A stretch of 64,000 nt of DNA. It comes from a virus. This document shows, piece after piece, positions 38,873-48,676 of this stretch. The translations under genes and the position numbers were made by a program. The stretch lies in IMG/VR virus record IMGVR_UViG_3300037493_003174, positions 18,342-82,341 of that record. One strand, written 5' to 3'. Position 1 is the stretch's first letter, and the number at the start of each line of letters is the position of its first letter. The notes under the pieces are model-generated. The model saw nothing but the letters and a program-made list of their open reading frames with translations. It ran no database searches and was not told the DNA's origin.

Positions 38873-39892
38873 TTACAATTTTACATTACCAATTGCAAGC
38901 TCATAAGGCAAGTCATATCTTCTGTTTTCATAGTGCCACTTGATCTGAGGTACTATGTCTGTTTCAAATTTTTCTTGCCATAAAGCAAGCGTTTCTAAAG
39001 ATACTTGATAAGGGTATACTTGGTTATACTTGTCTACAACAATAAATGTTACTTGCACTGTCCAGTTATGAGCATCTTCACTAGCAACGTACTTCTGAAG
39101 AGCAAGCTTAACATAAATCACTGCCTGAATCCAATACCGGTAATATTCTACAGCATCTTTAAAATCCTGTATAGGTTTACCAGTTGTCTTCAAATCATTG
39201 ACAAATAAAGTCTTAGATGCATTGTCTACTACAATATTATCCAAGACACCTTTAATACCAAATGGTAAATCTCCAATACTTCCGGACAGTAGCAACTCAT
39301 TGTGCACTTCAGTATCTGGATCTCTATCATCTAAATCAAGCTGTAATAGAGACATTACATCTCTGTTTTGTTTTAGTATTTGAACAGACTGTCTGCAGCC
39401 ATCCAGAATTATCTGATCAATTACTGTTTTTTCAGAACTTACTTTCAGAAACTTAAAATATTCTTTGTTTTCTTCTGTCAGGATTTTTTCTATCCTCTGT
39501 TGATCAGTCTTTAATGCTTGGTGCAGATTCATTGCAAGAAGTTGTGTAAGAATCTCTGGCATGTAATCTTCTAGTAATAAAGTATTATTTCCAAGAGTCA
39601 TATGATACTTGAAAATATTATCTACTACTGTTTTGTTATTTCCACTAGGGAGTTTACCTGGTAGCACTACAAAATCATTTTCAAACTTACTTGGTTCTAA
39701 TAAAAGACAATGCAGAACACGCCCTGCTACCAGATGCGCGTCTGTACTATCCTCTCTTTGATTAAGAATGTAATGATTATAAAATGCTATAGGAGAAAAT
39801 AATAGCTTGTTAATTCCACTATAACTAAAGTAAAACTTTTGCTTGTAGAATAATTCTAGTTCATCAGAACCAGTCAAAGTCATCTGACTCAT
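38873..39892 (-). CDS. PD-(D/E)xK exonuclease (RecB/Cas4/ExoVIII-like)
   Basis: SYSGI...GRVLHCLLLEP...KGVLD...NDLKTT...YWIQAVIY. Confidence 0.8.
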   Translation of the reverse strand: MSQMTLTGSDELELFYKQKFYFSYSGINKLLFSPIAFYNHYILNQREDSTDAHLVAGRVLHCLLLEPSKFENDFVVLPGKLPSGNNKTVVDNIFKYHMTLGNNTLLLEDYMPEILTQLLAMNLHQALKTDQQRIEKILTEENKEYFKFLKVSSEKTVIDQIILDGCRQSVQILKQNRDVMSLLQLDLDDRDPDTEVHNELLLSGSIGDLPFGIKGVLDNIVVDNASKTLFVNDLKTTGKPIQDFKDAVEYYRYWIQAVIYVKLALQKYVASEDAHNWTVQVTFIVVDKYNQVYPYQVSLETLALWQEKFETDIVPQIKWHYENRRYDLPYELAIGNVKL

Positions 39893-41219
39893 TTGCTTGT
39901 GTTATTTGATTGTTATTTGATTGGGTATCTAAAGCTAATGGAGTTTCTATAACTTCTTTAATTATTTCTTCATCATTAGAATCATTAGAATCTAAAATGT
40001 TCTTAAGCTCAGTTAAATGTTCCTTAGCTTCTAAAGCAATTAACTCTTCCTTAAGTTCATTACGTTCAATTCTAGTAAATGCTTCTGAGATATCTTCATC
40101 AGAAATCTCAAGCACCTCTTCTTCAACTTCAGGAAGAGTTTCCTCAAATTCAGATTGCATTTGATATGAATAATTAACATTCATTTCTGCAAGAAGTTCT
40201 GGAGCTAAAGTAATGTGCTTCATTTTAAAGGTTGAAGTATCTCCTTTTTGTGCAACATCATCACCAATATAACTTAACAAAGTGTTTAGTTTATCAGAAG
40301 TAAGTTGACCCTTTTCTTTAAGAACACTGATTGAGTGATCAGAACCAATCTGAGGATTAGAATGAGTAAGTCCTAACCAACCCAATAAAGATTTAAAGTT
40401 AACATGAGTTTTAGTGTGGCTATTATAAAATACATCTCCATGATAATAGAAAAGAATTATCAAATGAACTAGACTTGCACTGTATTTACAGTTTGCCATA
40501 ATTTCCATAGCCAATACTGTATTGTCATTATCAGAACTCTCTAGCATTATCTTTAGTTGGTTATAAACAGTATGATCAATAACGGCAGCTTCATCACCAT
40601 TTAACTGGTCAATGATTGTTGACTCATCATATACAGAAGCTTGATTTGCAAGATCAACAATTACTTTGAAATCCTCAAGAACAGAAGTTATTTTTTCTTG
40701 TTTTGGTTCACGGTTGTATTTATAAACATACTTCATGATAAGTCTAGAAGTTGGTCTATCAACAAATACACACTTTTCTGTATAAAATTCTAGTGCATCA
40801 ACAATCTTTTGATAATGGTGATCATCCAAAGAATCTTGAAAATTACTAAATTCTGTCAATGCTATAAAATCAGATGTTTTAATTTTGAAGGCCCAAGTTG
40901 ATGTTACAACTTTATTTAAGGTATTATTATTTGCAATAAACACATTTGCTTTTGCGGGATCTCTTACTGTTCTTATACCAGATTCATCACAAAGATTTTT
41001 AAATTTATTTCTTGGAACATGTACACCGGGTAAGAAAAATACCTTATCTCCATTTGTTGGAACATAATCTGATTTAGAAATAGGCAAGATAAGATCTTTA
41101 TCATTACCAATTTCTCCAAGAAGAACAGATATACTATAACTAGTTTCACTTCCCATGTCACTAAAGTCATCACACCAGTAACCTAAGTCTGAGCTAAAGT
41201 TTAAAATTGTTTTACTCAT
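39864..41219 (-). CDS. Hypothetical protein, possible N-terminal BRCT-like domain and acidic tail
   Basis: Start MSKT at 41219 (the upstream ATG falls in a terminator); GDKVFFLPG...GIRTVRDPAKANVFI resembles BRCT. Confidence 0.5.
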   Translation of the reverse strand: MSKTILNFSSDLGYWCDDFSDMGSETSYSISVLLGEIGNDKDLILPISKSDYVPTNGDKVFFLPGVHVPRNKFKNLCDESGIRTVRDPAKANVFIANNNTLNKVVTSTWAFKIKTSDFIALTEFSNFQDSLDDHHYQKIVDALEFYTEKCVFVDRPTSRLIMKYVYKYNREPKQEKITSVLEDFKVIVDLANQASVYDESTIIDQLNGDEAAVIDHTVYNQLKIMLESSDNDNTVLAMEIMANCKYSASLVHLIILFYYHGDVFYNSHTKTHVNFKSLLGWLGLTHSNPQIGSDHSISVLKEKGQLTSDKLNTLLSYIGDDVAQKGDTSTFKMKHITLAPELLAEMNVNYSYQMQSEFEETLPEVEEEVLEISDEDISEAFTRIERNELKEELIALEAKEHLTELKNILDSNDSNDEEIIKEVIETPLALDTQSNNNQITQANESDDFDWF

Positions 41220-41230
41220 ATTTAAAAAAT

Positions 41231-41258
41231 AAAAGAAAGGGGTCATTACACCCCTCTC
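41231..41258 (-). terminator. Probable intrinsic terminator
   Basis: GAAAGGGGT/ACCCCTCTC stem with a U-rich tail on the minus strand. Confidence 0.55.
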
Positions 41259-41314
41259 AAGTTTGTATTGAGTTGAAAAATGGTTTATTAATTTGGAAAA
41301 GCTTGAGGCTTCAC

Positions 41315-42505
41315 TTACTTAACAGCCATCTTTACAACATTAGCATTTAGCATTAGCTTACTAAATTTAAGCTTGTTTCCATTAACAATCTCCTTGATCA
41401 TTAAGTATCTCACATCATCATTAAATGCAGCACAATCTGTTGTTAGTTTAATCAAACGGTTAGCAATTGAATCAGTTACTGTATTACTCTCAGCATGTAG
41501 CAAAGAATAATTTATCACACGTGTAGCAATTACACTTGAGATATCAGCTCTAAAGTCATCATCTTCACCAACAGCATTCTTCAAGGCTCCCATCACATAT
41601 GCTTCATCTTTAGTCAAGATATCTTCCGGGGAAATAATCTTGTCTAATTTATTATTAATGAACATAGTAAACATGGAACTAAAGTCTACTCCTACTGAGC
41701 CTTCACCAATCATTTGAATAAGAGGCAACTTATCCTCAAACTTAGGAATAGAACTAATCCCGTTGAAGAAAGTTGTAATTGCTCTTGGATTCACGCTTTG
41801 GTTTACTAGCTCAGGGTGCATTAGCATAAAGTTAATACATCTACCATCAATAGCAGTTGTCTCAGCCCACTTTGCCCATACATCTTTATCAAATTTTAGA
41901 CCCACAGAAATAAATCTTGTCTTTTGAGCTACATCCAAGCTAGTCACATTATAGTCACCATTGTCTGGATTAGTAGTCAAGATTACATGCCAGTTCTTTG
42001 GAAGTTTCCATGATACATATTCTTGTCTGTCTAAGATCTCCATGGTAGCTTGCATAAATCTATGGTCAGCTCTAGTATAATCATCAAGAATCAAGAAGCC
42101 ACCTTCACCTTTACCCTGAATCCATTCAGGAGCAGCATGTGACATACGTTTTGCAACAACTTTGTATCCTTTCTTTACAGCTGCATCAATCTGAGCTTCA
42201 TTTATCCAGGTAGTTTTACCTTCAGCATTTTGTATTTCAAATTCCTTTACAGGAAAACCCACTAAGTCACCTAATTCTTCTAACTGAGATAGATTAAGCT
42301 TTACAACTTGCATGCTCATCTCTTTACCCAACTGCATAATAGCTGAAGTTTTACCAAGTCCGGCATCACCTTCAATATTAATTGCTACAGGAACTTTTCC
42401 TTCTTTCTGAATATGTTGGTTATTATTAACCATGTGTTTGATGAAATCTTTTAACTCATCAACATTTAACAAAACTTGTGAATTCTCTACTTTTTTTCTT
42501 GACAT
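41315..42505 (-). CDS. MoxR-like AAA+ ATPase
   Basis: Walker A GDAGLGKT, Walker B LILDD, TTNP, DxAxxxRF, NPRA. Confidence 0.82.
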   Translation of the reverse strand: MSRKKVENSQVLLNVDELKDFIKHMVNNNQHIQKEGKVPVAINIEGDAGLGKTSAIMQLGKEMSMQVVKLNLSQLEELGDLVGFPVKEFEIQNAEGKTTWINEAQIDAAVKKGYKVVAKRMSHAAPEWIQGKGEGGFLILDDYTRADHRFMQATMEILDRQEYVSWKLPKNWHVILTTNPDNGDYNVTSLDVAQKTRFISVGLKFDKDVWAKWAETTAIDGRCINFMLMHPELVNQSVNPRAITTFFNGISSIPKFEDKLPLIQMIGEGSVGVDFSSMFTMFINNKLDKIISPEDILTKDEAYVMGALKNAVGEDDDFRADISSVIATRVINYSLLHAESNTVTDSIANRLIKLTTDCAAFNDDVRYLMIKEIVNGNKLKFSKLMLNANVVKMAVK

Positions 42506-42516
42506 TGCTTTAATTT

Positions 42517-43821
42517 TTAAAGTTCTAATTTGATAATTCTTCCAGGAAGATCTTCATTCATACTTGATCTTTCAGATAACACCCACAATGTTGGACCTTT
42601 TGGTAAGACACTTGCGCTGCATTCACCATCTGTAAAATATACAAGACTGGTATATAATTTATTGTTTTCATTAAAATATTCAATGACAGGATCAAATTGA
42701 GTCCCACCTCTACCTTGTACTTTTAAATCAAGTTCTCCTCTGTAAGGATCAATTGATTTAATTTGTGTATCACATTGTATCACTGTAATATCAACACCAG
42801 CTTTATAAATATGATGCATTTCATTCATAAACTCTGCAAGTTCAGTATCACTTACAGAAGCTGAAGTATCAATGGCCAACAACATGTGTTGTTTCATTTT
42901 TATTTTAAGACCAGGATTATCAGAGAATCTTCTATTCTCTTTTCTCCGGATCTTTTTAGTGAACACTCTAGTGCTAACACCAGTAAATCTTCTAATATAA
43001 CCCCGCCAGTCAAATTTTGGTGGAACTACTTCATCAATTTCTATCAGTCCTTCAATTTCTCCAGGAACAGTTCCATGTTTCTTAATAGTCTGCTCTTTAG
43101 CATCAGATAGAAGTTTTTGTACTTGCTTATCTAATAACTTTTGCTCAGCTTCACTAAGATTATCAAACTCTTCCCATGTTCCATGATCTGGAGTATTACC
43201 ATCTTGAATATTATCTAGAAGTTGATCAAGATGAGGATTACTACAAGTGCCGTTTTTATCTTTTTCATCTTGTGCTTCTTTCAACTTATCATAATAGTAT
43301 CTAGAGCCTGCTTTTGCATCCCAACCTTTGTCAACGTAATCTTCAAAGATAATACCTCTAGGAGGAATAGCATCATATTCAGCTTTAGATTGCTCTTCAG
43401 TCATAGATCCATCTTCTAGACCTTGTTTTACTTTAGCTTTTACAGCATCAACTAACTGTTGATACTGATCAGCATTCATATCATCTCCAGGAAGCCAACC
43501 ATTTTCAATATATTGGTTAAGTTCCATGTCCATAGCAACATTTGCTCTTTTCTTATCAGAAAATTTAAAATACATGCTAAGGTGCCCAAAGGCTATATGT
43601 AATAATTCATGTTTTAAGATACCAAGCTTATGTAAATCAGGTAATTTATCCCAGAACTCCTCATTGATTTCTAGTTGATAATTTATACCCATTTTACTTA
43701 CGCCAGCCGTTGGTACTCTTTTGCTCCAAAACTTATTCAACATAATGAGAAAGATACCATAATAAGGCTCTTTCAACATCAAGTCTTTAGTTGCTTTGCT
43801 TAATGATTCATTTCTTGTCAT
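42517..43821 (-). CDS. Metallopeptidase + VWA domain protein (DUF2201-like)
   Basis: PTAGV...HELLH...NVAMD; MIDAS AIDTSAS, GRGGTQF, YFTDG. Confidence 0.85.
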   Translation of the reverse strand: MTRNESLSKATKDLMLKEPYYGIFLIMLNKFWSKRVPTAGVSKMGINYQLEINEEFWDKLPDLHKLGILKHELLHIAFGHLSMYFKFSDKKRANVAMDMELNQYIENGWLPGDDMNADQYQQLVDAVKAKVKQGLEDGSMTEEQSKAEYDAIPPRGIIFEDYVDKGWDAKAGSRYYYDKLKEAQDEKDKNGTCSNPHLDQLLDNIQDGNTPDHGTWEEFDNLSEAEQKLLDKQVQKLLSDAKEQTIKKHGTVPGEIEGLIEIDEVVPPKFDWRGYIRRFTGVSTRVFTKKIRRKENRRFSDNPGLKIKMKQHMLLAIDTSASVSDTELAEFMNEMHHIYKAGVDITVIQCDTQIKSIDPYRGELDLKVQGRGGTQFDPVIEYFNENNKLYTSLVYFTDGECSASVLPKGPTLWVLSERSSMNEDLPGRIIKLEL

Positions 43822-44222
43822 TCTTTTAGTTCAATATTAATGTTAAACTTATCAGCCGGATAGCCTAGTTGTCCTAAAAATCCTACCATATCTACAACAA
43901 AATATTCTAGATACAATTCCATTGAAGCTTTACTAGCTTTTTTTTCTGTCATTATAGACAAACATTTACCGCTTGTTAAAGCTACTGCACTTGAAGAATC
44001 TACATGTTTATTAATAATAAGCCATGCTTTTGAACAGTGCTTTTCCCATTCACTTACAGGTAATTTTGCGTACTTATATAGTACTAGTAACTCACCCAAA
44101 TACTCTTTCAGATCTGCATTTTTCAGAGCTTCAAATGCTACAGTATGATTTTCTTTATCTGTAGATTTTAGCATTCCTAATAAATTCTTTGTTTCTTCTT
44201 TGTCAAACTTTACTTTACTCAT
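43818..44222 (-). CDS. Hypothetical protein (MLxSxDxEN motif)
   Basis: 134 aa, translationally coupled to its neighbours. Confidence 0.6.
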   Translation of the reverse strand: MSKVKFDKEETKNLLGMLKSTDKENHTVAFEALKNADLKEYLGELLVLYKYAKLPVSEWEKHCSKAWLIINKHVDSSSAVALTSGKCLSIMTEKKASKASMELYLEYFVVDMVGFLGQLGYPADKFNINIELKE

Positions 44223-44413
44223 AATTCTTCAGTTTTTAATCCTTCTTCATCTAAATAATCTAATTCCATTAATTCACCATTTAAGTCCATCATAATCATG
44301 TATGCAGGATTATCTGTATCAACAGCATCCATGTCATAATTACTTTCTAAAAGTTCTATAGCTTCATTAATTAAAGCTTCTACTTTTTCTCTAATTTGTT
44401 TTACTCTTTCCAT
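44219..44413 (-). CDS. Small acidic hypothetical protein
   Basis: 64 aa; starts in an AAGACTAATGG junction repeat. Confidence 0.6.
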   Translation of the reverse strand: MERVKQIREKVEALINEAIELLESNYDMDAVDTDNPAYMIMMDLNGELMELDYLDEEGLKTEEL

Positions 44414-44425
44414 TAGTCTTTAATT

Positions 44426-44686
44426 TTAAATGTTTTTTTTAAAACTTACTTTTATAAAATACTTTACTGCATTCCAAAAAGATTTAGGAAAATAAATATT
44501 ATATAAGTAAATAGTTCTAGGAGCTACAATAAACCCTTTCTTTAGTTTTTGTCCATCTAACCAGTGGTTGTCTTTATAAATCCAACACAACCAATACTTT
44601 TTACTTTTTAATATTACTCTACCTTGTACAGGATACTTTTGAGCATCTTCTCTTTTTACACCTCTATAGTCATAAAATGTTCTCAT
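44426..44686 (-). CDS. Hypothetical protein
   Basis: 86-aa basic ORF. Confidence 0.5.
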   Translation of the reverse strand: MRTFYDYRGVKREDAQKYPVQGRVILKSKKYWLCWIYKDNHWLDGQKLKKGFIVAPRTIYLYNIYFPKSFWNAVKYFIKVSFKKNI

Positions 44687-44874
44687 ACTTTTGCTTTTTG
44701 TATAAAATGTTTTGCTACTTCAGGAATGTGTTTCTTATAGTAAGGTTGTTCAGACTTACACCATTGTTTCACCTGATCTTTTGTTTCAAATTTTTGATAA
44801 GAAAATGTTACTTCCAACTCATTAATGAAGTCTTGAACTGTCCAACCTTCCCATATGTGCCTATTATTTTCCAT
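44683..44874 (-). CDS. Hypothetical protein
   Basis: 63 aa (HIWEGWTVQDFI...QPYYKKHIPEV). Confidence 0.6.
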   Translation of the reverse strand: MENNRHIWEGWTVQDFINELEVTFSYQKFETKDQVKQWCKSEQPYYKKHIPEVAKHFIQKAKV

Positions 44875-44886
44875 TAGTCTTTTGTT

Positions 44887-45282
44887 TTAATATGATTTAC
44901 CTGTTTCTTTTTCATACTTCATTTGCCACTCAGATGCTTTTGCTAAATCAAAATTATGATGATAAAAATCTGCTGCAAGCATTAAAAGTGTTGAATCATA
45001 CATGTCTTTTGTTACATACATTTTAGTCCAAATAGCTTCTATATTTTCTAAACTTTTTCTAACATCATGACCTTCATTAATCCATTTTTCATATATGCCA
45101 TAAAGACCATGAAAATCTACAGGAAAAGTCATAATAAAAGCATAAGTGTCTTTATTATAATTAGTGTTTTCTTTTACAAAAATTGGTACTTCTCCAAGAG
45201 GTTTTTGCCAACCTAATTCTGTCATTATAATGTCAATCTTAGGTGTATCATACACTTTTTGTGTAAATGCATTTTCTTCCAT
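44887..45282 (-). CDS. Hypothetical protein
   Basis: 131 aa between two junction repeats. Confidence 0.6.
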   Translation of the reverse strand: MEENAFTQKVYDTPKIDIIMTELGWQKPLGEVPIFVKENTNYNKDTYAFIMTFPVDFHGLYGIYEKWINEGHDVRKSLENIEAIWTKMYVTKDMYDSTLLMLAADFYHHNFDLAKASEWQMKYEKETGKSY

Positions 45283-45295
45283 TAGTCTTCAATTT

Positions 45296-45418
45296 TTAAG
45301 GTTTATAATCAATTTTTATTTCTAAAAATAACCATACATAACTAGCATGCATTCCTTTTGATTTTTTTGGAATTAATTTCCATTCCAATAAATTAATTTT
45401 TAATGTTATTTGTTTCAT
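45296..45418 (-). CDS. Small hypothetical protein (40 aa)
   Basis: MKQITLKINLLEW...DYKP; TGATG coupling to the upstream gene. Confidence 0.4.
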   Translation of the reverse strand: MKQITLKINLLEWKLIPKKSKGMHASYVWLFLEIKIDYKP

Positions 45419-45759
45419 CAGTCTTCTATTTTTAGTGTTTTAATCATCCATTCTGTGGGTGTATTTATATTATCAACCCACTCTTTAGCAGTAGGAATGT
45501 AATTATTACAATCCTCTTTTACATGTTGTTCTCCAATATATCTGACATATACATCTTTACCATCACAGTTAGTAATAGTCATACCAAATCTTTTTTCACA
45601 TTCAAAGATACCTTCACTGTGGTGACGGAACATTCTATGTTTACTGTGTCCAATCCATGCTTTAGTTTCATCAAACCATTTATGAATCTCTATATAATCT
45701 ATTGCTGAACCACCAAACTTTCTAGCTGATGATATAGCATGTTGCCAAGGATGTGCCAT
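45418..45759 (-). CDS. DUF6915-like protein
   Basis: MAHPWQHAISSARKFGG...IHKWFD...HRMFRHHSEGIF...VRYIGEQHVKED. Confidence 0.7.
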   Translation of the reverse strand: MAHPWQHAISSARKFGGSAIDYIEIHKWFDETKAWIGHSKHRMFRHHSEGIFECEKRFGMTITNCDGKDVYVRYIGEQHVKEDCNNYIPTAKEWVDNINTPTEWMIKTLKIED

Positions 45760-45947
45760 TACTTCTTTTTTAAATGTTCAATTACTCTTTCCCAATAAGA
45801 TCTAGCTTTCATTCTACCATCTTTATATGGTGCTAAAGCAAGAGTTGCTATTGCAGACTTTAATGACTCTTCTTTAGCATTTTCAATTCCATGAAGTTTT
45901 ACAGCATACTGATAAATGTGTTCTGCTTTTTCTTTCTCAAACATCAC
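45759..45947 (-). CDS. Hypothetical protein
   Basis: 62 aa, coupled ORF. Confidence 0.5.
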   Translation of the reverse strand: MMFEKEKAEHIYQYAVKLHGIENAKEESLKSAIATLALAPYKDGRMKARSYWERVIEHLKKK

Positions 45948-46344
45948 TTCTCTTATCTAATAAACTACCTTTATGAAAAAATTCTTCATAATCAATAATT
46001 CTTACATTACTATTTATAATATATTTTCCTGAAGGAATACATATACATAATTCTCCAAAACCACCTTCATTATTCCACCAATCTTCTATATTATTAAGAA
46101 TTTTTCCTTGTGCAAAATCTTCAATTAAAGAATAAGCACTTGAGTCTAATTCAGCTAAATTATAATCATTATCCCAGTCATCAATATTATTATTTACATC
46201 TTGTGGAGTATCACATTTTTCTTTTGTATATCCAATCCATTCTATGGCACCGTCATCTCCACCACCATCATATTTTACCTTAATTCCGGTAACACTAAGA
46301 TCAGCCAACTTAAGAAGAAGGCCTGTTATTTCTATTTCTGTCAT
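45937..46344 (-). CDS. DUF6878-like protein
   Basis: VKYDGGGDDGAIE...WWNNEGGFG. Confidence 0.65.
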   Translation of the reverse strand: MTEIEITGLLLKLADLSVTGIKVKYDGGGDDGAIEWIGYTKEKCDTPQDVNNNIDDWDNDYNLAELDSSAYSLIEDFAQGKILNNIEDWWNNEGGFGELCICIPSGKYIINSNVRIIDYEEFFHKGSLLDKRSDV

Positions 46345-46346
46345 AA

Positions 46347-46772
46347 TTATTTTGTTTTGTAAAACCTACCTAATATGTTTCCATTTAGGAATTCTTCTTT
46401 CTCAAGCACTTCATATTTAAATTGGTGCTTTACTTCTTGATAAGTCAATTCCATACCTGTAAAACAGATCATTAGAATTTCCCTTTTGATCATAACACCT
46501 GCTTTGTGAGCATCTTTAAGAGTTTTATTACTACTGTAATAATTCATAAAGTCAGGTTTTATCTCTCTAGTATACTTTTTTAGTCTTTTGTCTGTAGTCA
46601 AGGCTAAAGCTTTCTTACCTAAAGGTTTCTTTTTATTGGTAAAGAAATTTTTCTTACCAATGTATGCAACAAACTTACCATCAATGATAGTAGTCATAAT
46701 ATAGATGAATCCAATACCATGTTGTGGTATACAGAACTCATCAAACTCTTTACCTTTGTATATCCAACTCAT
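46347..46772 (-). CDS. GIY-YIG family nuclease
   Basis: GFIYIMT...YIGKK...YYSS...REIL...E...NGNI. Confidence 0.7.
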   Translation of the reverse strand: MSWIYKGKEFDEFCIPQHGIGFIYIMTTIIDGKFVAYIGKKNFFTNKKKPLGKKALALTTDKRLKKYTREIKPDFMNYYSSNKTLKDAHKAGVMIKREILMICFTGMELTYQEVKHQFKYEVLEKEEFLNGNILGRFYKTK

Positions 46773-46773
46773 G

Positions 46774-46929
46774 CTACTTATGTTTATATCTTTTCATATC
46801 CCAATCTGCAATAGTACTTACCATTGTAGCTAATACTTGTATAGCTTCTTCTACAGATCTACTTTCAAAACTTAATCTTGCTTTTGTTACTTTATGTTTA
46901 AAAACATAATCATACATTGGATTTTTCAT
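46774..46929 (-). CDS. Small hypothetical protein (51 aa)
   Basis: MKNPMYDYVFKHK...; fills the gap with ATGA coupling. Confidence 0.5.
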   Translation of the reverse strand: MKNPMYDYVFKHKVTKARLSFESRSVEEAIQVLATMVSTIADWDMKRYKHK

Positions 46930-47903
46930 ATTACTTGTTTAATTAAAGGAAACAATTGTTCTCTTACAGCTTCAATTCCATGATCTCTTACAGAATCAGA
47001 AAGATCCTTAGACATATGCAGATTAATATAATCTAAATCATATCTAGTTTTATATTTCTTAGCAGCTTCCAAACCAGGTTCATCATTATCAAACATAATA
47101 ATAATTTTCTTGTATTTATCTTTTGCTTTTTTTATAAAACTTTCAGGAATCATACTGTTCTCACTGTCTGGAGCAACCGCTTCAATGTTGTTAATACCAA
47201 GCCTAGTAAATGCCATAACATCCTTAAGAGAAGAAAGAATAATAAGATACTTAGAATCTATCAGTTGTTCAGAGCCTTGAATGTAGTCTTTTACTTTAAC
47301 AAACTTCTTATCTCTTTGCTTAGGTTGATAGATTTTATAGAGAGTACCATCTTCTTTGAAGTAGCCATAGATAAAGTTTACATCAATCTTTATGTCAAAG
47401 ATAAGACCTACTTCATCTATTTTTCTCATAGTATAATACTGTAAAGGAACTATATTATACCTGTCCAAAGTTTTAGAACCAATTTGAAAACTCATCCAGA
47501 ATCTTTGATCAAACACATTCCAGTGTCTCATCTCAAAATCATGAACTTGATATTTTCCATGGGCTGTATACTCTTTAACTGCACTATATTCATTATCTAG
47601 AATAAAAGTGTTATAATCATTTAAAATTTTGTTACTTGCTGCACCTCTAGAAAGTAGATTGAACATGCTCTGTACAAGACTTAATCCATCACCACAGTTA
47701 CCAGATGAAAAATCCTTGAATCTATAGATTCCTCTATCATCTAAATAAACACACAGGGATGGTGTTTTTTCACTAAGATTGAATATAGACTTAATTTTTA
47801 CACTTTGTCCACTTAATCTTTCTGTAAGTCCTAAGTAATGTTCAAATACCCATTCTCTTGGTACCTCAAATATTTCAGAAACCAAATTTTTTGTTGAAAT
47901 CAT
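46926..47903 (-). CDS. DNA primase (TOPRIM)
   Basis: EKTPS...FKDFSSG N-domain; SSLKDV, FDNDEPG, KDLSD. Confidence 0.8.
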   Translation of the reverse strand: MISTKNLVSEIFEVPREWVFEHYLGLTERLSGQSVKIKSIFNLSEKTPSLCVYLDDRGIYRFKDFSSGNCGDGLSLVQSMFNLLSRGAASNKILNDYNTFILDNEYSAVKEYTAHGKYQVHDFEMRHWNVFDQRFWMSFQIGSKTLDRYNIVPLQYYTMRKIDEVGLIFDIKIDVNFIYGYFKEDGTLYKIYQPKQRDKKFVKVKDYIQGSEQLIDSKYLIILSSLKDVMAFTRLGINNIEAVAPDSENSMIPESFIKKAKDKYKKIIIMFDNDEPGLEAAKKYKTRYDLDYINLHMSKDLSDSVRDHGIEAVREQLFPLIKQVI

Positions 47904-47920
47904 AGCACCACTTTAAAAAT

Positions 47921-47948
47921 AAAAGGGGAAGCACATGACTCCCCCTTT
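47921..47948 (-). terminator. Probable intrinsic terminator
   Basis: AAAGGGGAAG/CTCCCCCTTT stem with a U-rich tail. Confidence 0.55.
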
Positions 47949-47955
47949 AAACTTA

Positions 47956-48648
47956 TTAGTCTAATGAGAAGTCAGATGAAGACTTTGAAGAAACATTAAA
48001 GTCTCCTACACTATTATCTTCATCACCAAAGTTTTTAACTTCAGCTGTTTCTACTTTTTTCAAATGAGTTGCCTCATTATAAACAAGAACTTTACCTGCT
48101 TCTATGTCTCCATAGGCATATTTGTTCTTTTCTCCTTTTGGAAGATACATGTCATAGTTAGTGTATCCTGTTTTACCAACATACTCTTTACCAGCAACAC
48201 AGAATTCAAGATATTTATCTTTGAATGGAGCTGTCTTGTTAAATGCAATAATTAAATCTTCAATAGTTTCATGAAGATTATCCTGAGCAACAAACCAGTC
48301 ATTGATTCCAGCAGTTTTACAAAGATTTTGTAAAAAGATCATCATGGATCTGTCTCTTTGTATCTTTTGACCAGATTTGGTTTCACCATCTGCATATGCA
48401 TATTGGCTTGCTTTTACTCTACCAATTTGACCAGCATAGTGTCCTTTACTTGCATCATCTTTGTCAAGCATAAATCCTTCAAAACCATCAATTGGTTCTG
48501 TCTCAAGATGAAGAATCATATGTTTTGCTCCATCAATGAATTTAAAATCTTCTAGCTCAATGCTATTAATTTTTAATACATGGTTACCTGGTGCAATTGT
48601 CTTAGGCATTCCTGAGCCCGTTGCTAAGTCTGTTGTACTTAATCCCAT
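47956..48648 (-). CDS. Putative single-stranded DNA-binding protein
   Basis: PGNHVLKINSIE beta-rich start, acidic/aromatic tail (SSDFSLD); located between the Sak4-like ATPase and primase. Confidence 0.5.
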   Translation of the reverse strand: MGLSTTDLATGSGMPKTIAPGNHVLKINSIELEDFKFIDGAKHMILHLETEPIDGFEGFMLDKDDASKGHYAGQIGRVKASQYAYADGETKSGQKIQRDRSMMIFLQNLCKTAGINDWFVAQDNLHETIEDLIIAFNKTAPFKDKYLEFCVAGKEYVGKTGYTNYDMYLPKGEKNKYAYGDIEAGKVLVYNEATHLKKVETAEVKNFGDEDNSVGDFNVSSKSSSDFSLD

Positions 48649-48676
48649 TTTGTTTTTGTTTTTTTTGTTATTAATA

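Larger units (their letters stand above)
44409..45436 (-). repeat. Gene-junction repeat family A (TAAAA..RAAGACTRATG), 4 copies
   Basis: About 44409-44429, 44870-44890, 45278-45300 and 45416-45436; each contains the next gene's ATG. Confidence 0.65.

Noticed and set aside
38873-39892. Cas4 of a CRISPR system
   Set aside because: No Fe-S cysteine cluster and no CRISPR context; it fits a phage recombination exonuclease.
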